Source of the DNA: Octopus sinensis
Taxonomy: Eukaryota
Length of the DNA stretch: 64,000 bases
Direction of reading: 5' to 3'
Assembly: GCF_006345805.1 (NCBI RefSeq)
Contig: NC_043003.1
Span: 68,386,001-68,450,000 of the forward strand
Part shown: positions 12,809 to 26,444 of the stretch, piece by piece
How positions within the stretch are numbered: position 1 is the stretch's first letter
Layout of the letters: each line of letters opens with the position of its first letter
Program-made: the position numbers and the translations under genes
The notes under the pieces: model-generated
Database searches by the model: none
The model's input: only the letters and a program-made list of their open reading frames with translations
Told to the model about the DNA's origin: nothing

Positions 12809-14090
12809 TTAAGACCCCCAGCACTGTAACTGGTCCGTCGGTCCTAGGTCCGGCGACACCATCTGATGGCATCGTCCTGAATCTCCAGGAGCCAAACCGC
12901 AAAACAACCGATTTGTCGGTGCCTCTGCAACTGATTCATGCTCCTTTAGGACGGTGCCGACCGTCTCCACTCCGGAGGCGTCCGACACTATGACTATGAC
13001 ATCGTTCGCATATGCTGACACTGCTCTTTCTTCGTTCCATTTCGAAAGGGATGCCCCTTAGCTGTTCCAACTTCCGAAACAGTGACTTGAGTACCAATAC
13101 GTATAGAAGAGGCGACAGCTGTGAGCTCCGACGGACCAAGTGTGGGATGTCAAACAACTCCGAAAGCTAGCCGTTTACTTTGACCACGGAACATTTGCCC
13201 CTGAGCATTGCAGTGACCCAGCCTCTGAAAACGGGTCCGAAACCGCTTGCTTTCTGGACGGCTTCCAAGTAGTGATGGTCAACCGTATCGAATGCTTTTG
13301 ATTGATCCAAATAGATCAGAGCACCCCCAAACCCAGCTGTAGTCCCAGCCCTCACTGCGATATATCGCATAAGGTGGAGGTTGTGGAGGTTGTTGAGGAT
13401 AGACCTACTCGGGATTGCACACGTTTGCGTTTCTCCGACCAGGCTACCGACGACAAGCACCAATCTTTTCGTTACGGGCCGAAAATGTTCTATTACGTCC
13501 ACATTATAGGCCTCCTTCCTCTGCAGTGTCACTACACTTCTTCTAAGAACACTATGAATTCTCCCGTTCTGTTGCCAATTGCAGTAGCCGTCTGCTAAGA
13601 GGTCCCCAAACAAATCTGGCATGAATATATAGAACTCGTTAGGTAGACCATCCAAACCGGGTGATCTGCGACTTGTGCAATCGCTCATCACCTCCCGAAT
13701 TTCAGCGGCTGTTATCGGCCTTTCACATAACCTCGCATCAGCTGCCGAGAGTCACAGCAAGTCATCCAAGTACGAATTAAGTACTGTACCATAGTCAACC
13801 CATCGCCCTCTCCTAACAGCAGCGAAGTGCTGCTGAAAAGCCGCACACATCTGCTCAGCGTCGCGTAGCACGCGCCCATCCTTATCCGTCAAAGACGTGA
13901 TTGTGGTTTTCTTTCCACGTTGTGTCTCCACCGTACTAGCCCTTCGTACAGCTTTAGTTATTTCCTGGTTTAGTGCACGGGCCTTAGCTCTAACAACGTC
14001 GCCTTCGTCTTTCGCTTCGAAGAAATGATCAAGGATCATTCTCGCTGCTAACACATCGGTCGCAATGAAATTTTTAATTACCTCTTCTAA
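12809..14090 (-). mobile_element. Tx1/L1-clade LINE reverse transcriptase fragment (pseudogene)
   Basis: SPGLDGLPNEFY, FRPV, QTCAIPSRSILNN, LDQSKAFDTVDHHYL...GFGPVFRGWV, LSPLLYVL and SAYANDV (degenerate YADD), spread over frameshifted ORFs. Confidence 0.88.
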
Positions 14091-14179
14091 TTTACTAAGT
14101 AGTTCAACTCTAATATATTCCTTTCTATTGCTAACACTTTGCGAAACGCTATTTGATTAGATTTCCTGATACAAACTCT

Positions 14180-15920
14180 AAGATGCATTAGCAAAGATAT
14201 AGACATGGAATTTGGCATAGATAAGTGTGCAATACTAATCATGAGATGGCCAGGTAGTCAAAAGAGAAGGCTTCCAACTGCTAGTTGGGCAGACAATAAA
14301 ATCATTGAAAGGAGGAGAGAGTTATATATATCTATGGGCATTAGAATCTGACAGAGTACTAACTATGGAAATTGAAAACGAAAATTGAGAAGGGGTATAT
14401 CCGAAGGGTGAGGAACCTAATGAAGTGAAATCTATATGGTTTGAATCTAATAAAAGACTGTAATTACCTGGGCAGTATTATTACTTAGATACTCAGCATC
14501 TTTTGGAGATTGGACAAAAACTGAATTAGTAAAGCTAGACAAAAGAACTAGGAAGGAATCTAATATGAATAGAAGACTCCACCCAAGGGCCGGAGTAGCA
14601 AGATTATACCTACCTAGAAAGGAGGGCGAAAGAGGGTTAATATCAATAGAAGATTGAGTGAAGTTAGCAAGAGTACATATAGACTCCTATGTAGGTAATA
14701 GTGCAGAAAGTTTATTAAAAGCTAATACATTCACAGCAAGATATAGGGAAAGCAAAAATCTAAACGAACTTCAAAACCAGAAAAAGAATAGAAGTTATCT
14801 GACCGGCAGGTCGATTTCCGAAGATAGATTCAGCAAGTAGTATTGGTGATATAGTGTTATGGTTAGAGAAAGGAAAGCTGAAAACGGAGACAGAAAGTTT
14901 GCTCGTAACAGCACAACATTAAGAATTAAGTACTAATTGGAAAAAAGTCAAGCTTTACAAGAGCCAATTATATTCCGAATGTAGTCTAGGAAAATCAAAA
15001 GAGGAAAGCATTACACATATAGTTACTGAATGAAGTATGCTGGCATAGAAAAATTCAAGAAAATACATGACTACCTAGGGAGAGTAATCCACTGCTAGTT
15101 ATGTAAAAGCTAGGATTTAAATATAACTCTTACTCTTTTTTTACTCTTTTACTTGTTTCAGTCATTTGACTGCGGCCATGCTGGAGCACCGCCCTTAATC
15201 GAGCAACTCGACCCCGGGACTTATTCTTTTGTAAGCCCAGTACTTATTCAATCGGTCTCTTTTGCCGAACCGCTAAGTAACGGGGATGCAAACACACCAG
15301 CATCGGTTGTCAAGCAATGCTAGGGGGACAAACACAGACACACAAACACACATATATATATATATATACATATATACGACAGGCTTCTTTCAGTTTCCGT
15401 CTACCAAATCCACTCACAAGGTTTTGGTCGGCCCGAGGCTATAGTAGAAGACACTTGCCCAAGGTGCCACGCAGTGGGACTGAACCCGGAACCATGTGGT
15501 TGGTAAACAAGCTACTTACCACACAGCCACTCCTGATAAACAGTATGGACATGAACCTAGTAAATTACTAGAAAGTTGTGGGACTTTAACATTCGGACTG
15601 ACAGAATAATAGAAGCTAGTAGGCCTGGTTTAGTAGTAAAGAGAATAGAAAGTGTCAGATAATTGACTTTACAGTCCCAAATGATGAAGAAAATAAGAAG
15701 TATAAAAAAATAGCGAAGTACCAGGACGAAGCTTTTGAATAACAGAGACTATTGAAAGTGCGGGTAAAATGTAGCCCACTAGTTATAGGTGCATTGGGAA
15801 CTATCCCTAAAGATCTGAAGAGATGGACAGAGGAAATAGGCATAAAGCCACTTTAGTACAGCTGCAGAAAGCAATGCTATAAGGGACAGCTGGGATACTT
15901 AGGAGAGTTCTTGGCATTTA
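14180..15920 (+). mobile_element. Decayed R4/Dong-type LINE (RT C-terminal part to RLE), interrupted by a SINE at 15126-15534
   Basis: DIDMEFGIDKCAIL, LHPRAGVARLYLPRKEG, LKTETESLL and, after the SINE, IEASRPG...PLVIGALGTIPK...AGILRRVL*. Many stops and frameshifts. Confidence 0.82.
15126..15534 (-). mobile_element. SINE family A, well-preserved copy nested in a LINE
   Basis: Full head-to-tail match to 834-1261. Minus-strand start caggagtggctgtgtggtaag; B box gggttcagtccc. Confidence 0.9.
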
Positions 15921-15994
15921 ACTTTACATGTTTTAGCCCAATGATAGGATTTTTTCTCATCCAACAGTGTAATATGTTATGTGTATAATATTAA

Positions 15995-16165
15995 CAAGAA
16001 GAAGCAGAAAAAGAAGAAGAAGAAGAAGAAGAAGAGAAGAAGAAGAAGAAGAAGAAGAAGAAGAAGAAGAAGAAGAAGAAGAAGAAGAAGAAGAAGAAGA
16101 AGAAGAAGAAGAAGGATAATGATGATCATGATGATAATGATGACAACGAGGAGGATGACGACAAC
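15995..16165. repeat. (AAG)n and (GAT)n microsatellite
   Basis: Direct reading. Confidence 0.95.
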
Positions 16166-16559
16166 GATATTCTAGCATGAATGCAAGGAATTATATTTCA
16201 ACATGGTGTATATTAAACTTAAATGCCACCAAGAACAGAACTGATTCTTTAGTATATCGAGACCGGAAGGCTGAACGATTTCTATCAACGGGATTTCGAA
16301 TTTTTTGTGAGAAGTAAGCCAGGTGTATATGAGCATTTAAAAAAATAGTGCAAAACATATTGCGTAAAATACCATTTGATAGAATATCCTATGGAAATCG
16401 AATCCTCATTCTGCCGATAGGAGCCGGCTATAATTCTACTTCACAAATTGTATTCCAAGAAACTTTCTACTGTCTAAATCAGAAATCAGAAATTCAGCAG
16501 ATTTATTAGCGTTTCTATAAAGCATTGCAAAGATGAGCATACACATAAAGTTGCATAAT

Positions 16560-16581
16560 TATCTATTCATCTATATATCTG

Positions 16582-16633
<52 letters not shown>

Positions 16634-17117
16634 ATTTACAACATGAAATTGCTGTGATACACGATCCCTATTGATCGTTTTTTCCATTCTCTCTCTCTTT
16701 TTACGATACCTTTTGATCGAAAACATATCCCCCTTTTTATTTTTTATTTTAATTTTATTTTTTATCTGCCCCAAAAGAAAAGCTTTGCGTGGTAATTTGT
16801 CCCCTCTGCGTTCAGCCCTGTGTGGCTAATAAAGAAACATATCTATCTATCTGTTTATCCGTCTATCTGTCTGCCTATCTCCCTATCCCTGTGTCCGTCT
16901 ATCGATCGGTCTGTCTATCTGTCTATCTATCTATCCGTCTATGTTTCTACCTGTCTATCTCTCTATCTATACAATTATCTATTTATTTATCCACCTGTGT
17001 ATCTTTCCATCTATCTATCTATATATCTATGTATCTATCAGTCTGTCTTTCTGCCTGTCTATCTAGCCATCTATCTATCTGCCTGTCTGCCTATCCATCT
17101 GTCTATTTATCTATCTG

Positions 17118-17167
<50 letters not shown>

Positions 17168-17341
17168 AATCTATCTATCTTTCTATCTGTCTGTCTATCT
17201 ATCCAATTATCTATCTATTTCTCCATCTATCTATCTATCCATCCATCTATCAAACTGTTTATCTATCTAATATTTCTATTTGTCTGTCTATCTATCAATT
17301 CATTTATCTATCTGTTTATCTGCCTATCTATTTATATATTC

Positions 17342-17407
<66 letters not shown>

Positions 17408-17420
17408 ATGTCTGTCTATC
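16560..17420. repeat. Long degenerate (TATC)n microsatellite with a ~200 bp non-repetitive interruption
   Basis: Direct reading. The ORFs at 16789-17545 are read-throughs of it. Confidence 0.95.
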
Positions 17421-17844
17421 TACAGACGTACAAGTTCAACAAACTGGTTCACAGTGGATTTTCTTCCTTTGTCATTTCCCTTTTCAATCATTTTATACGC
17501 ATTAGAAAATGTTATGTTGCTTCACCAAATGTAATTGATAGTTAATTATAAATTACAACGCAATTTTTGACGTTTCTTGTTATCTATGCAATCGTATTAC
17601 AAACGTTGGTGATTTAAACTTTGGCTAATTATTGACAAATCAATCAATGTAAATTTGCTTTCCATTGCTATCTTACATGTCTAAATGGCATGGACGGTCG
17701 CTGAGACCTATATGTTTAATGAAGACCGTTTTAAGGTTTTGAACTCATTATGCCTGTGATGATGTGATTATTACGTAAGGGATACACTAATTGATAAATG
17801 CACATCACTTCGTGGGCATTATCATATATTCTTTCAGTATACTT

Positions 17845-18020
17845 TATTCTTTTACTCGTTTCAGTCATTTGACTGCAGCCATGCTGGAGCACTGCCTTTA
17901 ATCGAGCAAATCAACCGCAGCACTTATTCTTTGTAAGGTTAGTACTTATTCTATCGTTATTATTTGCCGAAGTGCTAAGTTACGGGGACGTAAGCACATC
18001 AGCATCGGTTGTCAAGCACT
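17845..18020 (-). mobile_element. SINE family A, 3' half
   Basis: tttcagtcatttgactgcagccatgctggagcactgcc...catcggttgtcaagc. Confidence 0.8.
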
Positions 18021-18279
18021 AGTGGTGGCATATATAATGGGAAAGTGTGTGATGAAAGAGAAAAATGAAAAGAGCGTTAGGATTTCAAATGCAGGGAATA
18101 TATGCAGATCGAAAGTGATTATCAAAATACGCAAGAGATTTAATGAATATTTAAGTTAAGAAAATCAAAGTTCATTATGTTAATATAATTTTCTGGTTGG
18201 AAGATGGAAGAAACAAAATAAATATTCTTTTTGTGCCTAATATTTCCATCCATTCATCTTTTCCGCCCTCTGAGATGGT

Positions 18280-18850
18280 CGTGTGAGTTGGATTCCCAAC
18301 CGTGACCAACTGGGACTATGGATATTATCCAAGCATATCGTTCATGGTCTAACACTAACTTTCCAGTCGAAAATCTCATCGTGAAGAATCCGTCTTGCGA
18401 TCCTCTCCAGTGATATTTCAATCGTATATCTGTGTCAGTAGTACCCTGTTTTGTGATCTATCAAAGAAAAGAAGGGGCGACGCCTTTATCTCTCAGTTAT
18501 ATACCTTGTCGAGCAATGTTACCCCGAAAATCCTTAGGAGGAACCCTATTTCGGTCGCTTGTATCCGCAAGAGTATGCTTTAAGTCCTTCACCAACGTGC
18601 CTGACTGTAAGTGATTATAGACACCATAGCTGAATGGAAGGTAACAAGTTTGGATTTCTGAGGAGATAATGCTAATGCTGGCGATTTACTGTGCCAGCAC
18701 CTCTAATTCTACCAGCCAACCAAGCTTTCAGTTTCCCTTCAATCGTGTATATGTCCCTCTCATACTAAAACTACTCAACTTGTCCCAGTGATATTCCAGT
18801 GATGTGGTATTCTTGTTGCCAAGAACAATTTTCAGATTTATTTCATGAAT
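18280..18850 (-). mobile_element. Old RTE-clade LINE 3' fragment
   Basis: Minus strand reads IITYSQARW*...RIQATEIGFLLRIFGVTLLDKV...CLDNI, resembling the RTE C-terminus (RIQAxEMxFLRRIxGVTxxD). Confidence 0.6.
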
Positions 18851-19189
18851 CAATAAGTTGTGTTATAAGCACAGAAACTGCTCGGTAGGTTAGTTTTAGT
18901 CCGTTATTTGTGTCTGACATTTGCTCCGTTACGACTATCCAACATAGAATGTATGCTGACAGTTTTTCTACTTCAATATCATTTGGCAATTACTGTTAAG
19001 CACATGCACTCCGTTTTATCACACAACTTCATTAATATGTAAATTAACGTTGACATGAATGGGATATAGTGTAGCTCGGAGATCAAAAGAGCGATACATT
19101 TGAATAGCTTTATTTCAGAAGCTATTTTAAGTCGTTTAATTCTATGTTTAATCTGCGATGAATATAATGTTGCTTTTATATGATGGAAG

Positions 19190-19570
19190 ACGGTGGTGAG
19201 CTGGCAGAATCATTAGCACGCCGGATGAAATGGTTAGCGGCACGTCGTCCGTCTTTACGTTCATGTTTCAAAGCCAACCGAGATCCACTTGGCCTTTTAT
19301 TCTTGCAGGGTTGATAAAATAAGTACCAGTTGCGCCTTAGAGTCGATATAATTGACTAGTCCCCTCCCCCAAATCTCAGGACTTGTGTCTACAGTAAAAA
19401 GGATTAGATAATGGAAGAAGGTGACGAGCTTATAGAATTGTTACATGCCGGGCAAAACGGCTTAGCGACTTATCTTCCGACTCTTTACTTTCTAAGATCG
19501 AATCCCGCCACCAAGTAGGGGATCGATGTAATCGATTTAATTCCTCCTTTCAAAATTGCTGATCTTGAAT
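19190..19570 (+). mobile_element. Two diverged SINE family B copies
   Basis: ggtgagctggcagaatcattagcacgccgg...gttgataaaataagtaccag. Confidence 0.7.
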
Positions 19571-21146
19571 CCTAAAACAGACCAGCGTCCACACTAGAAG
19601 GCGATTAAAAGAACGTATGATTCGTTAAGCTTCAGAAAATGAAAATAGAATTTTTACTACACTCCGAGGCTTTTCGCAACATCGGTGCTTGTTTTATTCA
19701 CTTATTCCATTATCAGTAAAGTGCGCGCCATGGAATAAGTATAAGTCTGCGAGGCCGAATTGCATCTAGTATTCTCCCTGGCTACATGTGGGACAAATTT
19801 CAGTGATCTTCTGATATTTATTGTGACTTTAATACAGAATGACTACAAGAGAAATTATCCCGGGATCAATACCAAAGTTATTAATCAGACAAGGGTTTGT
19901 ATGCATTTACAATGATACATTGATGACTATTATTATTTTCCATTTGATGTCATTGATAGAGCAATACAATAAACAATCATAGTTTTATGTAATGATTTCG
20001 AGCTATTTTTCATACGTAAATACATAGAAATTTTCCCATTCATATATCTGTGCTTAAATATCTGAATTAATGTGGTAATAGATTAGCAGTTGCTACCTGG
20101 ATGCCAAAACTGATCATAATCCATTTTATTAATACTACGCTGTCGCTAACATTAGCAGCAGCATTCATATTCATATAAGAATTTAGTGGTTCATAAATCA
20201 ATTGTAATAGCAAAAAGATGTTTCACATATTTATATTTATATATTTATATTTTACACGCGCAACTCTAAGAGCATATATATGTGTGTGTGTAGACGTGCA
20301 TGTACTACGTATTTATATATGTACGTAAGTGTGTGTGAAAGTATAAATATATATATATACACAGAGGCATAGGCTCTCACACATACACAGATAGATGAAT
20401 GGATGGATAAGTGTGCGTACGTGCGTGTATGAATTTTTCAGTGTTAGTATACTCTGATTCCGTACATCTGATGATGTGAATACGTATCTGCGCCTACAAA
20501 ACTGGTGACAATATGAAGCTGGTCAACCCACCTTTCCATTGCTTCCAACTGTAGGTAACTGTGTTGATTGTTATTTTTGTTTATTTCCCTATTCCCTGAA
20601 TATATCTCTATCTATCTACCTATGTGTATGTGTGTGCTTGTATGTATATACATGTATGTAGATAGTGATTGACATACAAGCGGTGAGACAGTATATAGGA
20701 TATTGCATTGTAAGAGTATTTCCAAACGAAAATGCTAAATTTAGTGGTAGGAATTGAAGGAATTTTATATAGTCTAATTAATGTAATCATGTATAAATTG
20801 GGGAAATAAATTTAAGAAATGACACGTTTCTATTTTTGTTTCTTGATTTCTATTTTTGTTCATCAACATTTATACGTAACTTCTCCAGTTTTAATTAAAG
20901 ATACTTAAAAGGACATGATATCAGTCTATATTGCTACAAGTTATAAATATCTCTCGACGAGAAGAGAAGGTCGCTCCTACGTCATGATACATTCAACACC
21001 ATGAGGATGAAAGAAGAGAGTTAGACATTTTATTGACCATTATACATCGGAAAGTTCATTAAAATCATGATGTGTGTCAAAAACCAGACAACACCCCCGA
21101 TATGCTATGGATTCAATGTATAAGAGGAACACACACACATATATAT

Positions 21147-21193
<47 letters not shown>

Positions 21194-21396
21194 GAGAAGA
21201 ACCAGCCATCACATTCATATCGATTTACTGTGTTATGTCTCATTTAAGTGACAGATGTCTAAAGACCATTTGAAAATTTGAGAACTTGTAGAAACCACCA
21301 ATTACTCAAAGACAAACATTGTTGATTGAGAGTAATTTCCTGATCTGTAGAAATGGAATATATTGAAATTCTTCTAAAGTCTTATATTCTTATATG

Positions 21397-21830
21397 AAGG
21401 CACAGGTGTGGCTTCCCAATCGCATGGTCCCGGTTTCAGTCGCACTGCGCGGCACCTTCGGCGACTGTCTTAAACTAAAACACTTTTGAATGGATTCTGA
21501 AGGTGCAAACTGAAAGAAACCCGACTTATATATATATATATATATATATGCGTGCGTGTGTGTGTGTGTGTACGTGTGTGTGCGTGTGAGTGTGTGTGTG
21601 TGTGTGTGTGTGTATGTGTTATTCTTTGTTCCTGTGCTTGTCCTCACCCCTCTTTACAACTGGTGTTGGTTTGTGTACGTCCTTGTAACTTAGCTATTCG
21701 GCAAAGGAGTTCGATAAAATAAGCACAAGGCTTAAAGTTATGTAATAGAGTCGATTCTTTCGACTAAAATTCTTCATGGCATTGCCCTAGCATGGCCGCT
21801 ATCTAATGACTGAATCAGGTAAAGGAGAAA
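21397..21830 (+). mobile_element. Diverged SINE family A with expanded internal (TA)n(TG)n
   Basis: cttcccaatcgcatggtcccggtttcagt...aaactgaaagaaaccc...(TA/TG)...gcatggccgc...atgactgaa. Confidence 0.75.
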
Positions 21831-22265
21831 AATGAATGGCGTCCTTTCGTGTGTGTGTTGTATGTGTGGTGTGTGTGTTGTGTTGTGTGTGTGTGTGTGT
21901 GTATGTGTGTGTGTTTGTGTGTGTGTATGTGCGTGTGTGTATATGTGTGTGTGTGTGTGTTTAGAGTTATCTAAATTATTTAATTGTGATTATACTATGG
22001 TGTGGGACTGCTTAGCAAGACAAGGTGTTAAATAACTCTTCCGAGATATTATTACAATGCGATCATCTATGGACGACATCCATTTTAAACACTTGTTATC
22101 GTGTAGAAGTTACATGAGGCAGAATCGTAACAGACCAACATGCCCAGCATGTTTTGTTGACATTAAGGGCGGTGTGAAAGATTGTAATTTTATTATTATT
22201 CTGCCGGTTTACATATATTTTAGTGGATGTATCGAACAACTTTGGCATAATTCATTTACATATTA

Positions 22266-22665
22266 CAGGCGTGCCTGTGTGGTAAGAAACTTGCTTCCCA
22301 ATCACATGGTTCCGGGTTCAGCACTACTGCTTGGCACCTTGGGGAAGTGTCCTCTGCTATAGCCTTGGGTCGACGAAAGCCTTGTAAGTTAATTTGGTAG
22401 ACGGAAACTGAAAGAAGCCCGTTGTAAATATATATGAATATATATGTAAATATGTATATGTTATGTGTGTTTGTCTCCTCACCATCGCTTGGCAACCAAT
22501 ATTGGTGTGTTTGCGTTCCCGTTAGCTAGCGGTTCAGCGAAAGAGAATGCTAGAATAAGTACTAGGCTTACAAAGAATTAGTTTTGGGGTCGAGTTTTGC
22601 GACTGAAGGCAGTGCTCCGGCATGGTCACCGTCAAATGACTGAGAGAAATAAAAGAAACAATAAA
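22266..22665 (+). mobile_element. SINE family A
   Basis: caggcgtgcctgtgtggtaag...ggttccgggttcag...caccttgggg...caaatgactgag. Confidence 0.85.
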
Positions 22666-23144
22666 AAGAAAAGAAAAGAAAAAACTATTATGGCTATTGG
22701 CTTTTCTATAAATTGGCCAGATACTTTGTATTTTATTCTATTCCAGTATGTCGAATTATTGAAAGAGAGAGATTTAGATGTCAAAGAGTCAAAGAGCATC
22801 GTCTATCCTATGTGAAACTGATGAAATTCTTCAACGGCTTCGGTGAAAAATCGAAAACGTTGGATTGGAAACATGTAACAGCCAGGGGTAATGAAACATG
22901 GTCCAAGAAGTTTTGTCTAATATCTATTCTATTTAGGTCTGTGCTGTAAATCTTTTATTTATATATAAGAGCATTTTCTCCTCACTAATTATTCACTTCC
23001 TCCTTCTCTACCTCCTGTGCCTCCCCTTCCTCTTCCTCTGTATCATTTTCATCATCTTTATCGGTAGCACGTTATTATCATTGTTATTACGGTCGTCGCA
23101 CTTATCGTTACTATTATCATCATTTTATCACCATTATTCTGATT

Positions 23145-24170
23145 AAGGCGGCGAGCTGGCAGCGTCGTTGGCACGTCAGGCGAAATACGTTGTGAGTTCA
23201 AATTCCGCTGAGGTCGCCTTTGCCTTTCATCCTTTCGGAGTCGATTAAATAAGTACCAGTTACGCAAAGGGGTCGATATAATCGACTTAATCCGTTTGTC
23301 TGTCCTTGTTTGTCCTCTCTATGTTTAACCCCTTGTGGGTTGTAAACAAATAGGTATTTTGTCTGCCGTTACCCACTGGTTTCAAATTCCACCGAGGTCG
23401 ATTTCGCCTATCATCCTTTCGGGGTCGATTAAATAAGTACCAATTACGCACTGGGTCCTTTTGTCTGTCCTTGTTTGCCCCCTCTATATTTAGCCCATTG
23501 TGGGCAATAAAGAATTAATTATCCTGATTATCATTATCATCATTTTTATACTTTTGTCAACCATTACTCTCAACGTAATCAACTTTACTATCATCATCAT
23601 CATAATTTATCATCCTCATCATCAATCATCGTTACCATCATACTCATTGCGGTCTTCATCATCATCATCGACATTATCATTAACGTTACAATCACCATCA
23701 TGACCGTATACATCATCTGACATCCTGCTAGCATCTATATTAACCTTGTCATTTCCGCCGTCATCTTTGTCATAATTTCCACCATTTAGTCCATCTTTAT
23801 GTTCAGAGCTCAGATGCCACCACGATTGATATTGCCTTTCAAAACTTCGGAGTCGATAAAATAAGTACCAGCTGAACCATGTGATCGATTCAATCGACCT
23901 ATTCACACCCCAAAACTGCTGACCTTGTGGCAAAATTTGAAACTAATATCTTATAATTTTGTAAAGCATTTAGCTGGCAAAAGCGTTACCGAGCCAGGAA
24001 AAATGCTTAGCGCATGTCTTCCGATTTTACGTTCTGAGTTCAAAAGCCACCACGATCGATTTTGCTTTTCATCCTTCGATTATCGATAAAATAAATACAG
24101 GTTGGATACTGAGATAGATGCAATCAACTTATCCCTTCCCTCAAAATCTCTGGTTTCGTGCCGAAATTTG
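23145..24170 (+). mobile_element. Cluster of SINE family B copies (dimer 23145-23513; diverged copies 23780-24170)
   Basis: Repeated gcctttcatcctttcggagtcgattaaataagtaccag motif. Confidence 0.8.
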
Positions 24171-24741
24171 TAACATTTGTAAATTTGTATCCGTGTAGAA
24201 TGCTTCCCTGATATTTTAAGTTGCTATCCCGATAATTTTAAGTCTGCTTCTCAAAAACCCTCCGTTGATGGTGACTAATTTAACAACGACAATAATAAGG
24301 AGGAAAGAAGGAGGAGGAGAGAGAGGACGCCGTGGTGGTGTGGGTAGTTTTGATGGTGGTGGTGGAGGAGGATGTGTAGTATGAGGAGAGGCAGCTGGAC
24401 GAGAATTTTATGGCAATATGTAATTATGTAGCGTTATTTATTTAATTACACCATTCCTGCTGTATTATCTCTCTGGACATATTTTATGCATAATGGCCTT
24501 AGTAAATTGAAAAGGAAATTCCAACTTAAATAATAATGCAGAAAAGCATGTTTAATATGTTTAATAAAAAAATGTTTAATATCATTATACCACTGTTGTT
24601 ACTGCACAACCTGCTGTACCGCTTGGTTTATTTATACTAAGTATTAAGTATTAATGTTTCTTTCTTGTTTATTCTGTCAGGCAAATAAATGATGGTGTGC
24701 TAGCGATTTTGCTTTCAGAATCTTGTATATTCCCATAATAA

Positions 24742-24794
<53 letters not shown>

Positions 24795-24974
24795 TGTGTG
24801 TGGAGAGAGAGAGAGAGAGAGAGAAAGAGATAGACAGAAAGAGAGAGAGAGATGGATCTCTGTCGCTTACGACGACGAGGGTTCCGGTGGCTCCGATCAA
24901 GAATTCTCTGAAGAATTCTTAGAGGAATGAATCGATACCATTACCTTAAAACTGGTATTTATTTATGTTTTTTT

Positions 24975-25432
24975 TTTTTTTTGCCGAACCGCAAAACTAC
25001 GGGGATTTAAACACAGTAACACTGGTTGTCAAGCGGTTTTTTCCGGACAAACACAGGCAAAAGCACACACATATACACACACATTCGCGCGCGCACCCTC
25101 ACACAAACGCACGCGCGCGCACGCACACACACGCATATATAGTTGAAATGTACAGAAAAATAAAAAAGAAGACAGCTGTATGAACAACAAGTAGGTGTTT
25201 TAGTTTGACGCTAGGGAAGCTGAGAAAGTCTCTTCAACAGAAAGGATCAGAGAGAGAATAGAGAAAAACTTTTAGAGTTAGCAGTCAAGCTTCTTTCAGT
25301 TTCCATCTCCCAAATCCACTCACTAACTTGGTCGACCCGAGATTATCGTAGAAGACACTTGCGTGAAGTTGCGCGTCGTAGGACTGAACCCGTAGCCATG
25401 TGATTTGGAAGCAAACTTCATACCACACAGCT
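24975..25432 (-). mobile_element. SINE family A containing a nested ~130 bp insertion (about 25145-25280)
   Basis: ttgccgaaccgc...gttgtcaagcg, then the insertion, then cttctttcagtttcc...ggactgaaccc...taccacacagc. Confidence 0.75.
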
Positions 25433-25579
25433 ACATTTGTATTTATAGCTAATTAAGAACATGTAGCCCAAAGACATATAGATGTTTAAAGGAGGCAGTG
25501 CCCTGTGAGTTCTTACAAAGAAAATCTTACAAAGATATCTGGCGAAAATTACCCTAAGGCGCACTGTTACAAAAATATA

Positions 25580-25770
25580 CAGGGTTGCCCAAAAGTATGT
25601 TTACAGATATCAAGCAGCCAGTTTAAATTTCTTTTTAAACATTTTATTACATTTAAATAAATTAGCATAGAATAATGGTTTCAAATTTTTTTATAATAGA
25701 TCTAAACTATTAATATATGAATGCGAAAGTGATAGTTGAATAATTGTAAACCTATATTTGGGCCAGCCTG
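25580..25770. mobile_element. Tc1/mariner-type MITE (~190 bp)
   Basis: TA|cagggttgcccaaaagtatgtttaca ... tgtaaacctatatttgggccagcctg|TA: imperfect ~26 bp TIRs with a TA duplication. Confidence 0.75.
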
Positions 25771-25852
25771 TATATATATGTGCGTGTGTGTGTCTGTGTG
25801 TGTGTGTTTGTGTGTGTGAGAGCGTGTGTATTTGCGTAGAGAGAGAGAGAGA

Positions 25853-25960
25853 ATAATCCCCCGCCTATCGTGGGTGTTATGTTCCAAAACCCCCCGCGAT
25901 AGGTGAAAATCCGCGAGGAAGAAACAATGCAGTACTGTATTTTTTCTCATTATTTATATA
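25853..25960 (+). mobile_element. Tigger/pogo-like transposon end fragment
   Basis: taatcccccgcctatcgtgggtgttatgttccaaaacccccgcgataggtgaaaatccgcga, with the internal palindromic subterminal pattern I recall from Tigger-type ends. Confidence 0.55.
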
Positions 25961-26156
25961 TATATATATATTATATATATATATTAGTATAACTGCAAAA
26001 CAACACGTAAGCTTAAATAATAAACAACGATATGTCAGCCTGATATGGCGACAGCTTACTGTATATTTGTTTTTATTCTTTCTAGCTTGGTACAGCGGCC
26101 ATGCAGGGGTAACGGTGTTAGCTTTGCTGCACATTCACTAAACACTAAACCACCTC

Positions 26157-26301
26157 TGGAGTTCGACTTTGCTTTTCATCCTTTTGGGGTCGATAAATTA
26201 AGTACCAGTTACGCTCTGGGATCGATGTAATCGACTTAATCCGCCTGTCTGTCCTTGTTTGTCTCCTCTGTGTTTAGCCCCTTGTGGGTAGTAAAGAAAT
26301 A
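26157..26301 (+). mobile_element. SINE family B, 3' part
   Basis: gactttgcttttcatccttttggggtcgataaattaagtaccag...gtaaagaaata. Confidence 0.8.
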
Positions 26302-26444
26302 GATATATGCCATTTTTTGAATGAGCGAGTTTGATGATGCTGTCCTCATATGTTGTTTCTTGCCAGAATCCAGGCCCATCTGGAACTTGTGGTAGGTGGT
26401 TACAAAATTTTGTTTGGAAGTCACCTACATCCATTGATATGTAT

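Noticed and set aside
16789-17545. Long ORFs of 238-241 aa (and similar YI/CV/HT-rich ORFs at 27-28 kb, 39-45 kb, 47 kb, 61 kb)
   Set aside because: They are stop-free translations of (TATC)n, (TA)n and (TG)n microsatellites, not genes.
20442-20560. Possible exon (tttttcag ... ag|gtaact) containing a CTGATGA
   Set aside because: No recognisable protein, no partner exons, and no GAAA box or stems for a ribozyme.
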